DNA of 29,938 bases from a virus (IMGVR_UViG_3300017784_001746:1-29938); one strand, 5' to 3'; positions 18,078 through 27,175 are shown, counted from the first letter of the stretch. The notes: generated by a model not told the origin, from the letters alone. Numbers and translations: made by a program.

Positions 18078-18584
18078 TTACTCTTTGAACTCGGCAGCAT
18101 GGGCAAATTCAGTCTTAGAAGATCCGTAATCAACACGCGGCATCGTTTGAGCGAATGGGTTCTGAGCCGCCCCTTGCGTCCAACTGATGCCGTTCATTTG
18201 TTCCAGAGACTTTCGCTCGTTCTCAGCTTTGGCGGCATTGACGTCACGAGTCGACTTTTCGCAAAGAACCTGACCGCCTTCTTTGATCATGTCGTCAGAG
18301 TCGTCGCCAAACCCGATATTGGGTACAGGCGGAAACAGGTCAGGATGCCGCGTGCGCGGAACGGGACGCCAGCCGGCGCGGTACTTATTTCGCCAGTTGT
18401 CAGAGTTCGGCGTGCCGGCGTTATCGAAGGCGACGGCAACCCATGCGTAGGTCATGCCTTTTGGAATGACATGCGGCGGAATGTAGAAACGGCTGGTGTG
18501 GGTTGTCTTGGGAACTGGACGAGCCTCGGCTCCACGGCTAGTTGCTTCGCGGGCTTCGGCACTACGGGGGCGACCACGGGGCAT
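18078..18584 (-). CDS. Head-module hypothetical protein (168 aa)
   Basis: IPKGMTYAWV...GWRPV....HPDL...IKEGGQVLCE pattern, located between the scaffold and capsid genes. Confidence 0.75.
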   Translation of the reverse strand: MPRGRPRSAEAREATSRGAEARPVPKTTHTSRFYIPPHVIPKGMTYAWVAVAFDNAGTPNSDNWRNKYRAGWRPVPRTRHPDLFPPVPNIGFGDDSDDMIKEGGQVLCEKSTRDVNAAKAENERKSLEQMNGISWTQGAAQNPFAQTMPRVDYGSSKTEFAHAAEFKE

Positions 18585-18587
18585 TGA

Positions 18588-19694
18588 TTAACTCTCCCTT
18601 TTCTTTGCTTCTTCTTGCGCCATCTTCTGGCGCTTAAAACTTACCTTCGAATCTTGATAAGTCATCGGTTGGAACTGCTTGGGGTGTCCCTGCGGGTAGT
18701 TCCCACCAGCGCCGTTATCGAACATCTTCTTGTGGAACCTAAGTTCATCCCCGGTGATGATCATTTTGGTGTGAGCGCCGGGGCGTTGATTAGGCATGCT
18801 TCTCGACGGAGACGCAACAGGGCTTGAAGATCGTCGCTGTGGCGCTGGAGCCGCCTCTTCCTCGACCTCTTCAGTCGCAGTCTCACCGAAATAATCGGGG
18901 AACTCCTGCCGCTGATGGTCGTCTATCATCTTGAGATACGTCGAATCTCCAACCTTGGCGTTAAGTCTGCCGGAGGCGATTTGCCGCTCAAGCTTGGTGG
19001 CGTAGATAGTTGCTTCGATGTGCATTTCCTCATCGAAGTCCTGATTTCTCATTGGCCGACCGGCGCGGTCCAAAACCAAATTGCCGCTATCGTCTCTGGC
19101 GTTCTGGTCCCAATACCGGTTCTTTGAAGCCCAATCCCTCAAGTTCTGCGGAAGCGGGTCTTGAACTTGCTGCTGGGCCGGCGCGGCACGATCATCCGCC
19201 TTTTGTGCCGGTTTGGCGGATTCGGTCTTCTTCCATGCCTCGACGTCGTCCATCGTTGCTTTGGCCGACGCTAACCGTTCGGAGGCCTCAGTGATCTTCT
19301 CGGCATCGCCAGATGCAATGGCTGCTGAGTGAGCAGACCGCGCCTCCCTCAAGTCCGCTTCCGACTTCGAGGCGAACGACTGCATAGCCACGGTAGAGGC
19401 TTCGTTCGCCTTTATTTCGAAGCTATTGGCCCTGGCTCGTTCCCGCTCAAGTTCAGCAGCGAGATTTGATGCGTAAGCGCGAGCCTCGTCCCGTTCGTGC
19501 GTCAGTGCGGCAACACGCTTCGGACCACGGCGCTTTGGGCGTTCTGGGTCGGCGTCTGCCTTTTCAGGCTCCGCTTTCGCATCATCGGAACCTTCTTCTA
19601 CGGCGACGTCAAGTTCTTCGTCTCTGAACTCCTCGTCGCCAACGGTAACCGGATTCGGCTTCGCTTCTGTTTGAGGATTGAGTGTGTCGCTCAT
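18588..19694 (-). CDS. Putative capsid scaffolding protein (368 aa)
   Basis: Acidic N-terminus, KRVAALTHERDEA coiled coil, WASKN.YW and EFPDYF..SPVA. Located between portal and capsid genes. Confidence 0.7.
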   Translation of the reverse strand: MSDTLNPQTEAKPNPVTVGDEEFRDEELDVAVEEGSDDAKAEPEKADADPERPKRRGPKRVAALTHERDEARAYASNLAAELERERARANSFEIKANEASTVAMQSFASKSEADLREARSAHSAAIASGDAEKITEASERLASAKATMDDVEAWKKTESAKPAQKADDRAAPAQQQVQDPLPQNLRDWASKNRYWDQNARDDSGNLVLDRAGRPMRNQDFDEEMHIEATIYATKLERQIASGRLNAKVGDSTYLKMIDDHQRQEFPDYFGETATEEVEEEAAPAPQRRSSSPVASPSRSMPNQRPGAHTKMIITGDELRFHKKMFDNGAGGNYPQGHPKQFQPMTYQDSKVSFKRQKMAQEEAKKRES

Positions 19695-19696
19695 TG

Positions 19697-20176
19697 TCAG
19701 ATCCTCGGCGCGACGTAAACGGACGTAAGGTCTGCCGGGTCTTCGACGATCCCGATAATTTTGTCATCCGGCAAAACGGCCAACGAAACACCGCGATAGT
19801 TCGTCAACCAAGACGACATCCTGGGGATTGCGATCCAATCACCGACACGCGCCCACGGGCCTTCAGCCCACGGTTGGCCGGTGATGCGGTCCTTGAACGC
19901 CAAAGGACCAACCGCGCAAACCAAGGCAGTCACGGACTCAAATTCGTCCTGCTTCTGCATGATTGGGGCGGTCCATAAGGTTTTCGTCGAACCGTCTGGC
20001 ATTTTGATCTCCGTCAATTCATCAGGTCTGACGTAGATTTTGGTGACGATGTTGAAGCCCGCCGGCCTAAACCCAAAAGGTTTACCGGTCATTTGGATGA
20101 ACTGCTTGTCGACTAGGCGTTTGGCTTCTTCGACCTCATGCTCTTCGACGTATGGCAGCGGGGTTACCTTGCCCAT
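19697..20176 (-). CDS. GroES-like co-chaperonin (159 aa)
   Basis: RPAGFNIV...ALVCAVGPLAFKD..PWARVGDWIAI.R.......YRG.SLAVLPDDKIIGIVEDP matches the Cpn10 pattern. Confidence 0.85.
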   Translation of the reverse strand: MGKVTPLPYVEEHEVEEAKRLVDKQFIQMTGKPFGFRPAGFNIVTKIYVRPDELTEIKMPDGSTKTLWTAPIMQKQDEFESVTALVCAVGPLAFKDRITGQPWAEGPWARVGDWIAIPRMSSWLTNYRGVSLAVLPDDKIIGIVEDPADLTSVYVAPRI

Positions 20177-20460
20177 TAGTACATTCTCCTTGCCGGGGTT
20201 TTCTCAAGTTCAGGCTCTTCAGTCGATATCAACTTCTTGTATTCGGCCTCGATGATCTCTACGGCCAAATTCAGCGCGTCGATGGACGAGTTTGTATCTA
20301 CGGCGTAAAGGGCGATCTCTTCGCATGTAGACGCTGGGATCACGCCGCCCTCGATTTGAGTGGGTGGGCGCGGTTTGCATCGGCGTAAGTTGTTGATCTT
20401 ATCGTCGCGCAAACCGCGTAACGCCTTCACGCAGTTCCTTGCCAGTAAATCTGCGCTCAT
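20176..20460 (-). CDS. Hypothetical helical protein (94 aa)
   Basis: Stop overlaps the GroES start. Predominantly helical composition. Confidence 0.7.
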   Translation of the reverse strand: MSADLLARNCVKALRGLRDDKINNLRRCKPRPPTQIEGGVIPASTCEEIALYAVDTNSSIDALNLAVEIIEAEYKKLISTEEPELEKTPARRMY

Positions 20461-20463
20461 TTG

Positions 20464-20514
20464 TTACTTGCCCTTGCCTTCCTTGCGTCTGACGTTTTTC
20501 TGAGAACGCGACAT
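20464..20514 (-). CDS. Candidate 16-aa basic micropeptide MSRSQKNVRRKEGKGK
   Basis: TAAGGAGG Shine-Dalgarno sequence just upstream of the ATG at 20514. The stop ends 3 nt before the next ATG. Confidence 0.55.
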   Translation of the reverse strand: MSRSQKNVRRKEGKGK

Positions 20515-20532
20515 TGAAGCCTCCTTACGTTG

Positions 20533-21426
20533 CTAACACTTAACCTTGCCGCCGTGCTTCATCGCCATGCCACGCGGCATCGGCATAGCGGGCTTCTTGA
20601 CCTTCTTGAGAGCGCCAATGATGGAAGCGGCCTCACGCTTCATTGAGCCGGTGACCTTGCCGCCTTTGGCGTAGTTCTTGTTGTTCTTCTTGTTCCAGGC
20701 AGCAATCGCGCTATCTGACATTGGCTTGTCGTCAGCGCGTTCTGTCGTGTATTTCTTGCCGTTCCATTCGAAGGATTTCGCACCGCCAGAACGGGCGTCC
20801 TTAAACGCCTTGCCAAACGACGGCTTCAGTGACTCGGCGTTCTTGTAAGCCGTGACCTTGATGTCTGGCCCTGCGTCACGCTCCCTGAGCCTTGCAGCGA
20901 CCTTTTCGTAGTTCTGGTCGTTGTTCTCGCGCATGGATTCTTTCCTAGCGGCGACACGCGCCTCTCTTTTCTCCAGCGCCAAAATCATTGGGTCCGTTGC
21001 GGCGTCGTCGGTGGGGTCGTTGCGAACCGACTTCGGCGGCGGTGCCTTTGTCCATCGTCCGTATCCAGCGCCCTGGATTTTATTCGGCGCATCAAGGCCG
21101 ATGGATTTTCCCCTAACCATCACGCTGCCACCCTCGGCAAAGCCCTTCATGGACTTCTGCTTGTCGTGCTTGACGTCCTTCTTGGACGACTCCCATCCCT
21201 TGAGAGACATGTCGTACTTCTTCGCCAGTTTGGCGTCTTCCGACTTGTCCTTCTTGCTGCCCTCGAACTTCTTCTTTCCCGTGGTGTGAAAGTTCACCGC
21301 CCCGCCCTTGGCGAAAAAGGACACCTTCTGCGCCACCGGCATATGCTCGGTGCTTTTACGAGCGCCTATCGGCGAACTGTTGATGGCGAGGATAGCGGCC
21401 CGCGTTTTCGCGATATTGTCAGACAT
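20533..21426 (-). CDS. Lys-rich modular protein with repeated AxGG motifs, possible internal head protein (297 aa)
   Basis: FAKGGAV, FAEGGSV, YAKGGKV and MKHGGKV motifs, plus an SFGKAFKDARSGGAKSFEWNGKKYTT module. Start overlaps the portal stop. Confidence 0.7.
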   Translation of the reverse strand: MSDNIAKTRAAILAINSSPIGARKSTEHMPVAQKVSFFAKGGAVNFHTTGKKKFEGSKKDKSEDAKLAKKYDMSLKGWESSKKDVKHDKQKSMKGFAEGGSVMVRGKSIGLDAPNKIQGAGYGRWTKAPPPKSVRNDPTDDAATDPMILALEKREARVAARKESMRENNDQNYEKVAARLRERDAGPDIKVTAYKNAESLKPSFGKAFKDARSGGAKSFEWNGKKYTTERADDKPMSDSAIAAWNKKNNKNYAKGGKVTGSMKREAASIIGALKKVKKPAMPMPRGMAMKHGGKVKC

Positions 21427-23840
21427 TAGAATTTGCTCCTTGTTCCGAATGAACGCGCACGCGCATCAGACCGTTGTTTCTTGAGTTCTTTGTAGTAGTC
21501 AAGAATCGCGATCTCTTTCTTAAGCTCGCGATCCTTCTCGGCTTGCTGAAACTTAAGCGTCGATGTGAAACCAGCGGTTTGCGCCTTGGATTGACTGTCG
21601 GCGGCGGCTTGAGTGACCTTCGCCATCTCGACCTTGATCTGCTCCATCGCAATCTGGCCAGGGCTTGGTTCAGCACCGCCGGGATTCTTGATCTTCTGCA
21701 AAGCTTGCGCGACGGCAGCGGCGATCATGTTCTCGACTTGCGGCGGCAACTGAGTACCAGCCGGCGGCAACTGCTGACCAAGTGTCGCTTCCACCTGCGC
21801 CCGCATATCGAGCGCCATGTGTTCTGCAATGTGCGACGGCGCAGTGACCAGGGACGGGTTTTGCTCGGCCAGAACGGTATGCGAGGCGATGTGCGACTTG
21901 TGGTCCTGATAGGCGGCGGCTTTCACCGGCTTGCCCATCAGCATGTTCTGGTTTTCGGTCAACGGGTCAGACGGCATGGCATCCGGCTTCGGCGGAAGAA
22001 TGGCGGCGATGCGCTTCTCGTCCAGGCCCATCTCGATGTAGCGTTGCTTGTACGCTTCATAGAGGTCGTGGATCTGAGGGGCCGCAGTCGCGGCAGCAAC
22101 GATGGCGTCGGCCCGCAGCATCCGCTGGGTTGCCGAGTTGATGTTGGGGTCGCTGACCGGGATGACGTCGACCTGATCGCCAAAGTCGGCCCGCATAATG
22201 GTGTTCGGGCCACCGGCCACGGGCCACGGGTAAGCCTGTTCAGGCAGGAACTGACCGAAGAGGGCCGCAATCAGCTTGAACTCGCGGCGGTAGGCGCGGT
22301 GCGCCGCCTTCAGGGTCGCGGACTGCACACGGTTCGCGGCTTCCATCAGCGCGACCGTGGTGCCAACCGGGGCGTCCTGCCGGCCTTCACCAACGGCGAT
22401 CTCTGTCATTCCGCCAAGACCGCGCCCGTTTTCTCTGGTGGCCTTCCACAACTCCAGGGCCACCGCAGACGCGCCTTTGTACGGCATCGTCATCACGGCC
22501 TGTTGGATAGGCATACCGCCCGTATCGATCTCCCTGAACTCGCAAGGGCCAATCATCACGTTGTTGTCTGAGTCTCGAATGCCCTTCATCTTCAAGCCGC
22601 CGGGGAACATCGCCAGCGTCTCGGCATCGCTCATCTGGCGCTGAAGGCCGGTGGCTGATTTCGCGGTGTTGCCAAGGATGTGGGCATAGCCAAGTCCGTA
22701 GAAGCCAAGGCCTGGGACGAACTTGAAGTGCGTGAAGTACTGGATCTTCTCGTAGGAATTATCGTCGCGCTTCCAGTTGCGCCGGATAGATAGAACCTTC
22801 TTGGAGCCGGTTTCGACCGTGACGATATACGGCAGCGGCAAACCGGTTTCTGTAGGCTCGCCACCTTCTTCGCCAGATGCGTCTTTATGCTCAAAGCCCT
22901 TCAAATCAAGGTCGATGTGGCACTCGTAGAGTTGGTATGGCGCTTCGTCAGACTCAACTGGTTTGCTGATGCCCTGCGTTGAGATCGACTTGGTCCCAAG
23001 CGTAGAGGTAGCCTCTTTTTCGTACTCAGGCTCTTTCAACTCGACGTCGCTATAGAACCCTGAGATCTGCCGCATCTTCATGTCTTTGACGGACATGTCG
23101 ATGATGTGCGTGGCGCGTGGGCATGTCTCTAGGTCGTCGGTGCTGAACGAGACAACGAAGTCTTGCGGCAGGATAAACGGGCTGACGACGCGATTAAGGA
23201 TGGGGTCTTGGTAGGTTTTCTTGAACGTCGACCCAACCAACGGAAGCCATAGAAGCATCTGGTCGTTCTGTTCAACCCACTCAGGAGCGCCTTCCATCAA
23301 GTAGAAGTTCATGAACTCCTTAACGCGGGACGCCTGGGCCTCTGTTTCAGGAGACGGTTGGCCGACAATCTGCGTCTTCACGGGACCGCCGGCTGGAAGC
23401 AGTTCCGCGCTCGCGGTCGCGTGCCAGCGGATAACCGCCTCGATCAGGATGGGGTCGAACACACCAGAGCAGCCTGGAAACGGCGTTTGGCGGTCTTCGA
23501 TCTTCAGGCCGAGGTAAGTCAGGCCCTCGGCAAGCATGGCATCCCAATCCGCTCTGGAATCAACGTCTTGCTTGACGTATTTTATGATGTCTTCTGCGAT
23601 TTCATTGAGGTCGCTTTCCTCCATGAACTCGGCAAGATTCTCATCGTGATCCGGCGGTTCGCCTTTCGTCCCCAGCGGGCTGAAATCAATCATTTCAGCG
23701 CCATTCTCAAGCGGGGTAATGGTCGCGCCTTCAGCGTAAGCTACAGGATCGGCAGGAACGTCCACGCTCTCGGCGTCCGGGTCAATGCCGGCGATGTCGC
23801 TTAACCCAAGAGATTGCGCGGCGGCGCGGTCGAGAGCCAT
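21426..23840 (-). CDS. Portal protein (804 aa, podovirus/P22-like architecture)
   Basis: Follows terL. Contains HDENLAEF, PFPGCSGVFDPILIEA, ELLPAGGPVKT, GSTFKKTYQD, PGLGFYGLG and APVGTTVALME, with a long helical Q-rich C-terminus. Confidence 0.88.
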   Translation of the reverse strand: MALDRAAAQSLGLSDIAGIDPDAESVDVPADPVAYAEGATITPLENGAEMIDFSPLGTKGEPPDHDENLAEFMEESDLNEIAEDIIKYVKQDVDSRADWDAMLAEGLTYLGLKIEDRQTPFPGCSGVFDPILIEAVIRWHATASAELLPAGGPVKTQIVGQPSPETEAQASRVKEFMNFYLMEGAPEWVEQNDQMLLWLPLVGSTFKKTYQDPILNRVVSPFILPQDFVVSFSTDDLETCPRATHIIDMSVKDMKMRQISGFYSDVELKEPEYEKEATSTLGTKSISTQGISKPVESDEAPYQLYECHIDLDLKGFEHKDASGEEGGEPTETGLPLPYIVTVETGSKKVLSIRRNWKRDDNSYEKIQYFTHFKFVPGLGFYGLGYAHILGNTAKSATGLQRQMSDAETLAMFPGGLKMKGIRDSDNNVMIGPCEFREIDTGGMPIQQAVMTMPYKGASAVALELWKATRENGRGLGGMTEIAVGEGRQDAPVGTTVALMEAANRVQSATLKAAHRAYRREFKLIAALFGQFLPEQAYPWPVAGGPNTIMRADFGDQVDVIPVSDPNINSATQRMLRADAIVAAATAAPQIHDLYEAYKQRYIEMGLDEKRIAAILPPKPDAMPSDPLTENQNMLMGKPVKAAAYQDHKSHIASHTVLAEQNPSLVTAPSHIAEHMALDMRAQVEATLGQQLPPAGTQLPPQVENMIAAAVAQALQKIKNPGGAEPSPGQIAMEQIKVEMAKVTQAAADSQSKAQTAGFTSTLKFQQAEKDRELKKEIAILDYYKELKKQRSDARARSFGTRSKF

Positions 23841-23898
23841 ACGCTGCGTCTTGCCATAAAAGTTGCAGCGATAACGGTTTCAGAAAAACTTAGTTCCG

Positions 23899-26454
23899 TC
23901 AACCGTACATGGCGGTGGCTCTCGCACCAACGCGCCACGGCTTCTCTTCCTTCCAATCCTCTGAATTGGTGACCCAGCCTGACTTTTTGACGCGAATAAT
24001 CGCTTGCGACAGGGTGTCGACGTAGTCTCTTGAGTTCGCGGCAGGGTACGAAATACAGGCGATAATAAACTCTTCGGCCCACCGTCGCGCCATCGTGAAC
24101 CCTGGCGGTTGACCCGGCACCCACACCCGACCGTTCTCCATCAGGTCTGACGCTAAGTGAACGCGGGCGTTCTTGTCGCCGTACATCTTAGGGCGAACCG
24201 GGGTGGCGAGGATGCCGGCCTTGCCAAGGTCTGGAATCAACTGAGATCCAGAACTCATGTCTTCGACCAAGATGATATCCGGTGCGCGTTTCTTTTTGCT
24301 CTGCGACGGGAACTCGTAATTGTCGTCTAGGTAATCGTAAGCCAACCGCTGCGCCATCTTGCGGAGTTCTGGGTAGTTCATGCGACGGCGAAAAGCGGAA
24401 AGCAGAATCATCGACGGCAAACCGCTGTCTGGTTCCTCGAACACGCCCCACGTCGTACACGCGCTGTAGGCCGCGTCGTCCTTCTTGCTGACAGCAGTAT
24501 CCCAACTCTGAACAACGTACTTGCATTTCGGCGGGTCTTTCTGCCCCCACACGCGGAACCACGACCTCTTGATGATGTTGCCGGCCTCAAGGACCGGGCT
24601 TTGCTGATACAGCGACTCCCACATGCGCGGGGTCATGGACGGCTGCTTCTTGATCGTCAGCAAACGCTCGATTGGATATTCTTCCGGCCAAAGGGCCTCA
24701 CCAACTTTACGACCAAGCGGGTCTTTCTCTTTCGCGATGGCCGGGAGATTGATGATCGTCCACTTCTCGCCGCCGTTCTGTTGAGCGGAGATCAACCGGC
24801 CAGCGAGATCGTCAAGATGCCATCTGGTTTGAACCAAAATAATAACGCCGTCTTTTTTCAAACGGCTGTAGAAGTCCGCGCCGTACCACGCCCAGAGGTC
24901 ATCGCGCTTCGCCTGAGACTCAGCGTCTGCGATACCTGATATGGGGTCGTCGATCAGCGCAAGGTTAGATCGGCGTCCAGTAATGTTGCCGCCGACACCA
25001 GCGGCGTTGTATTCACCGCCTTTGTCAGTCTCCCATCGACCAGCCGCTCGACTGTCTTCTGAGATGTTCATGCCTGGAAAAAGGATCTGATGCTTTTGCG
25101 AGGCGATGACGTTCCGAACGCGACGGCCCCATGTGTTGGCGAAGTCGTCGGTGTGCGTGGCGGCGATGATCGAGTGTTCTGGAAACTTCGATAAGTAGTA
25201 CGCGCCGAAGTGGCGAGAGATATAGAAACTGTTATGCGTCGGAAGCAAAGACCTACCGCATAGAAAAAGGTGAGATGGAGAATCCACTTCAATGCAAACC
25301 GTGTCTGCATATCCAGCAGGAGTAACGGACATGTATCGGTTTGTGTATTTTTCAGCGTCTCTGCAACGGTTCCTTTTTCTTGGCATTAATGAAGCTTCAG
25401 ACATGTAGAAACAAACCTTATAAGCTGTTCCGTGCCTGATTCCATTCAACATTGCCGGAGTGCTGTTAATCGATGCCTTTATTCCGAGAGAAAAAACAAG
25501 CTCTCTGACCTGATCAGCAAGAACTTTATTAGTATTGCAAAAATCAACCTGCCCTCTTGGAGAAACTGTTCCATCAGAATCAATAAGTCCCTGCAAAAGC
25601 AAAAGACGCTGAGACTTTGAAGCAAAGAAATATTCGTTTGGAATGTGCTTATTTTTCCAGACTCCGAGACGTCGAAGTCTATTTATGAAAGTATCTGCCC
25701 ACGTTACTCCGTCATTTCTTAGGTTCGGCCCTATGCGATAAGTCTTTGCTTTTCCGTTTTGTCCAGGAGAACTACAAACCCTGACGTTACCTTCCCGTGC
25801 TTTAAGTTGATCAACAATAAATTGGTCTGCCGTTGTGATAACACCATTTGTTTTGCAACCGTCACCAAGCCATATTCCGAAAACATATGGATCAATTATC
25901 AGAGGTCTGTGCGGAAGATTAATGGCTGCGGCAGCTTTAATGGCTGGCTTGCGATCTTCGATCCCAGAGCGAGACGAACAACGATCAGCAAGCCATTTTG
26001 TCGTCTTAAGTTTTGAAACTGGCCGTTTCCGACATAGGCGAACAAGCCACTCATGATCCTTATCGGCTATGATCCTCTCACCGTCTGACGTCACAACTTC
26101 GTAAACCGGCCTATCCCTCCAAATTGGGCTAACCCATTTCACCCTGGTGGGTTCTCCCTTTTCATCAAAAACATAATCTCCAACGCGCAATTGCCCCATC
26201 GTCGTCCATCCAGACGGAGTTGCTATTGGCGTATTGAGAGCAAGCGCCTTCGCGGCTCCTGGTGGCATGCAAACGATGAGCCGCTTTATCTTGCGCTCAA
26301 TCGTCATGTCCAAATATGAGCAGAGGAGCCGAGAATGAGCGGGGGCCGGCATCCCGCTGATGTACTCGACGTAGTCTACAAAATGCTCTCTAGCTCTGCG
26401 GCGTTTTAAAATCTCTTCGCCAAGCTCGTCATCTGTCGGCTCAACGGGGGCCAT
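23899..26454 (-). CDS. terL: Terminase large subunit containing an intein
   Basis: Walker A reconstitutes as MPPGAAK|S. Walker B ALIDDP, QTRWHLDDLAG, LYQQSP, nuclease motif QSWDTA and DYVDTLSQA are present. Start placed at the ATG at 26454. Confidence 0.92.
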   Translation of the reverse strand: MAPVEPTDDELGEEILKRRRAREHFVDYVEYISGMPAPAHSRLLCSYLDMTIERKIKRLIVCMPPGAAKALALNTPIATPSGWTTMGQLRVGDYVFDEKGEPTRVKWVSPIWRDRPVYEVVTSDGERIIADKDHEWLVRLCRKRPVSKLKTTKWLADRCSSRSGIEDRKPAIKAAAAINLPHRPLIIDPYVFGIWLGDGCKTNGVITTADQFIVDQLKAREGNVRVCSSPGQNGKAKTYRIGPNLRNDGVTWADTFINRLRRLGVWKNKHIPNEYFFASKSQRLLLLQGLIDSDGTVSPRGQVDFCNTNKVLADQVRELVFSLGIKASINSTPAMLNGIRHGTAYKVCFYMSEASLMPRKRNRCRDAEKYTNRYMSVTPAGYADTVCIEVDSPSHLFLCGRSLLPTHNSFYISRHFGAYYLSKFPEHSIIAATHTDDFANTWGRRVRNVIASQKHQILFPGMNISEDSRAAGRWETDKGGEYNAAGVGGNITGRRSNLALIDDPISGIADAESQAKRDDLWAWYGADFYSRLKKDGVIILVQTRWHLDDLAGRLISAQQNGGEKWTIINLPAIAKEKDPLGRKVGEALWPEEYPIERLLTIKKQPSMTPRMWESLYQQSPVLEAGNIIKRSWFRVWGQKDPPKCKYVVQSWDTAVSKKDDAAYSACTTWGVFEEPDSGLPSMILLSAFRRRMNYPELRKMAQRLAYDYLDDNYEFPSQSKKKRAPDIILVEDMSSGSQLIPDLGKAGILATPVRPKMYGDKNARVHLASDLMENGRVWVPGQPPGFTMARRWAEEFIIACISYPAANSRDYVDTLSQAIIRVKKSGWVTNSEDWKEEKPWRVGARATAMYG
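25231..26247 (-). mobile_element. Intein with LAGLIDADG homing endonuclease (339 aa), class-3-like
   Basis: Starts ALALNTPIATPSGWTTMGQLRVGDYVF. Block B is ADKDHEW, endonuclease motifs are PYVFGIWLGDG and LLQGLIDSDG, and it ends TVCIEVDSPSHLFLCGRSLLPTHN before Ser+1. Visibly more AT-rich than the flanks. Confidence 0.92.
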
Positions 26455-26914
26455 TGATCTGACCAAGCCCGACAGGTTCCGGCGTGATGTCGATCATCTT
26501 CTTTTGCCTAGACTGCATCAGCTTGATGATCTGCTCGTCCGTCATGCTCGCGACGTCGAACCGGTGGGTGATTTGCATATTTTCTTGTACCATTCCAAGC
26601 AAAGTTGCTTGGGTTTTCTTGGCGGCTATGGCCGGCGTGTAGTCTTTTTCGAGCATGGCGTTGTCGAAAACCTGCTCAAGATCAGAAATAAGACTGTCGC
26701 GGGTGATGTCGATTGGCGCACGAACGCGGGGCTGTGATGCGGAAATAGCCGCCTTGATGTGCGGTTGGTCGAGAAGGTGATCCGCGATGTCGCGGGCATC
26801 GTACATGTGGACATAATAACCGGCACGCTTTACGGCATCCAAAGCATCGCCGTTTTCAAGGAACACCTTGACGAATTTAGTATCTCGCTCCAGATCCGGT
26901 GGAATATTAATCAT
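26441..26914 (-). CDS. terS: Terminase small subunit (157 aa)
   Basis: KFVKVFLENGDALDAVKRAGY...A..LL..P.IKAAI HTH-type N-terminus and AIAAKKTQATLLG, directly upstream of terL. Confidence 0.8.
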   Translation of the reverse strand: MINIPPDLERDTKFVKVFLENGDALDAVKRAGYYVHMYDARDIADHLLDQPHIKAAISASQPRVRAPIDITRDSLISDLEQVFDNAMLEKDYTPAIAAKKTQATLLGMVQENMQITHRFDVASMTDEQIIKLMQSRQKKMIDITPEPVGLGQINGPR

Positions 26915-26917
26915 CGT

Positions 26918-27175
26918 CTAGCACCTTTCTAAATCGTCCAGAGCGTCATCCATACCCCAACCGTTGGTGACGGAAACGACAGCGCCCCTTCTGGGTCCGT
27001 ATTTGTTTACCCTGTTTTTTGCGGTTCGAAGATGTCCACAGGATTTCTTTTTGCCGCTCGTCATGTCGTTGGTTCGGCAAAGAGAATCTTTGCCACAAGC
27101 ACACTTGCAAATCCAAAGGCCAGTAGTTACGTCAAGGCCCGTGACCGTAAGGCAGTGAAACGTGCGACCTATCAT
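26918..27175 (-). CDS. Small Cys-rich protein resembling the N-terminal module of phage HNH/AP2 endonucleases (85 aa)
   Basis: MIGRTFHCLTVTG...WICKCACGK...TNDMTSGKKKSCG. No HNH or AP2 domain follows. Confidence 0.65.
   Translation of the reverse strand: MIGRTFHCLTVTGLDVTTGLWICKCACGKDSLCRTNDMTSGKKKSCGHLRTAKNRVNKYGPRRGAVVSVTNGWGMDDALDDLERC

Noticed and set aside
25231-26247. AT-rich insert as a group I intron or IS element
   Set aside because: It is in frame, has intein splicing blocks with a His-Asn/Ser junction, and shows no terminal repeats or transposase.
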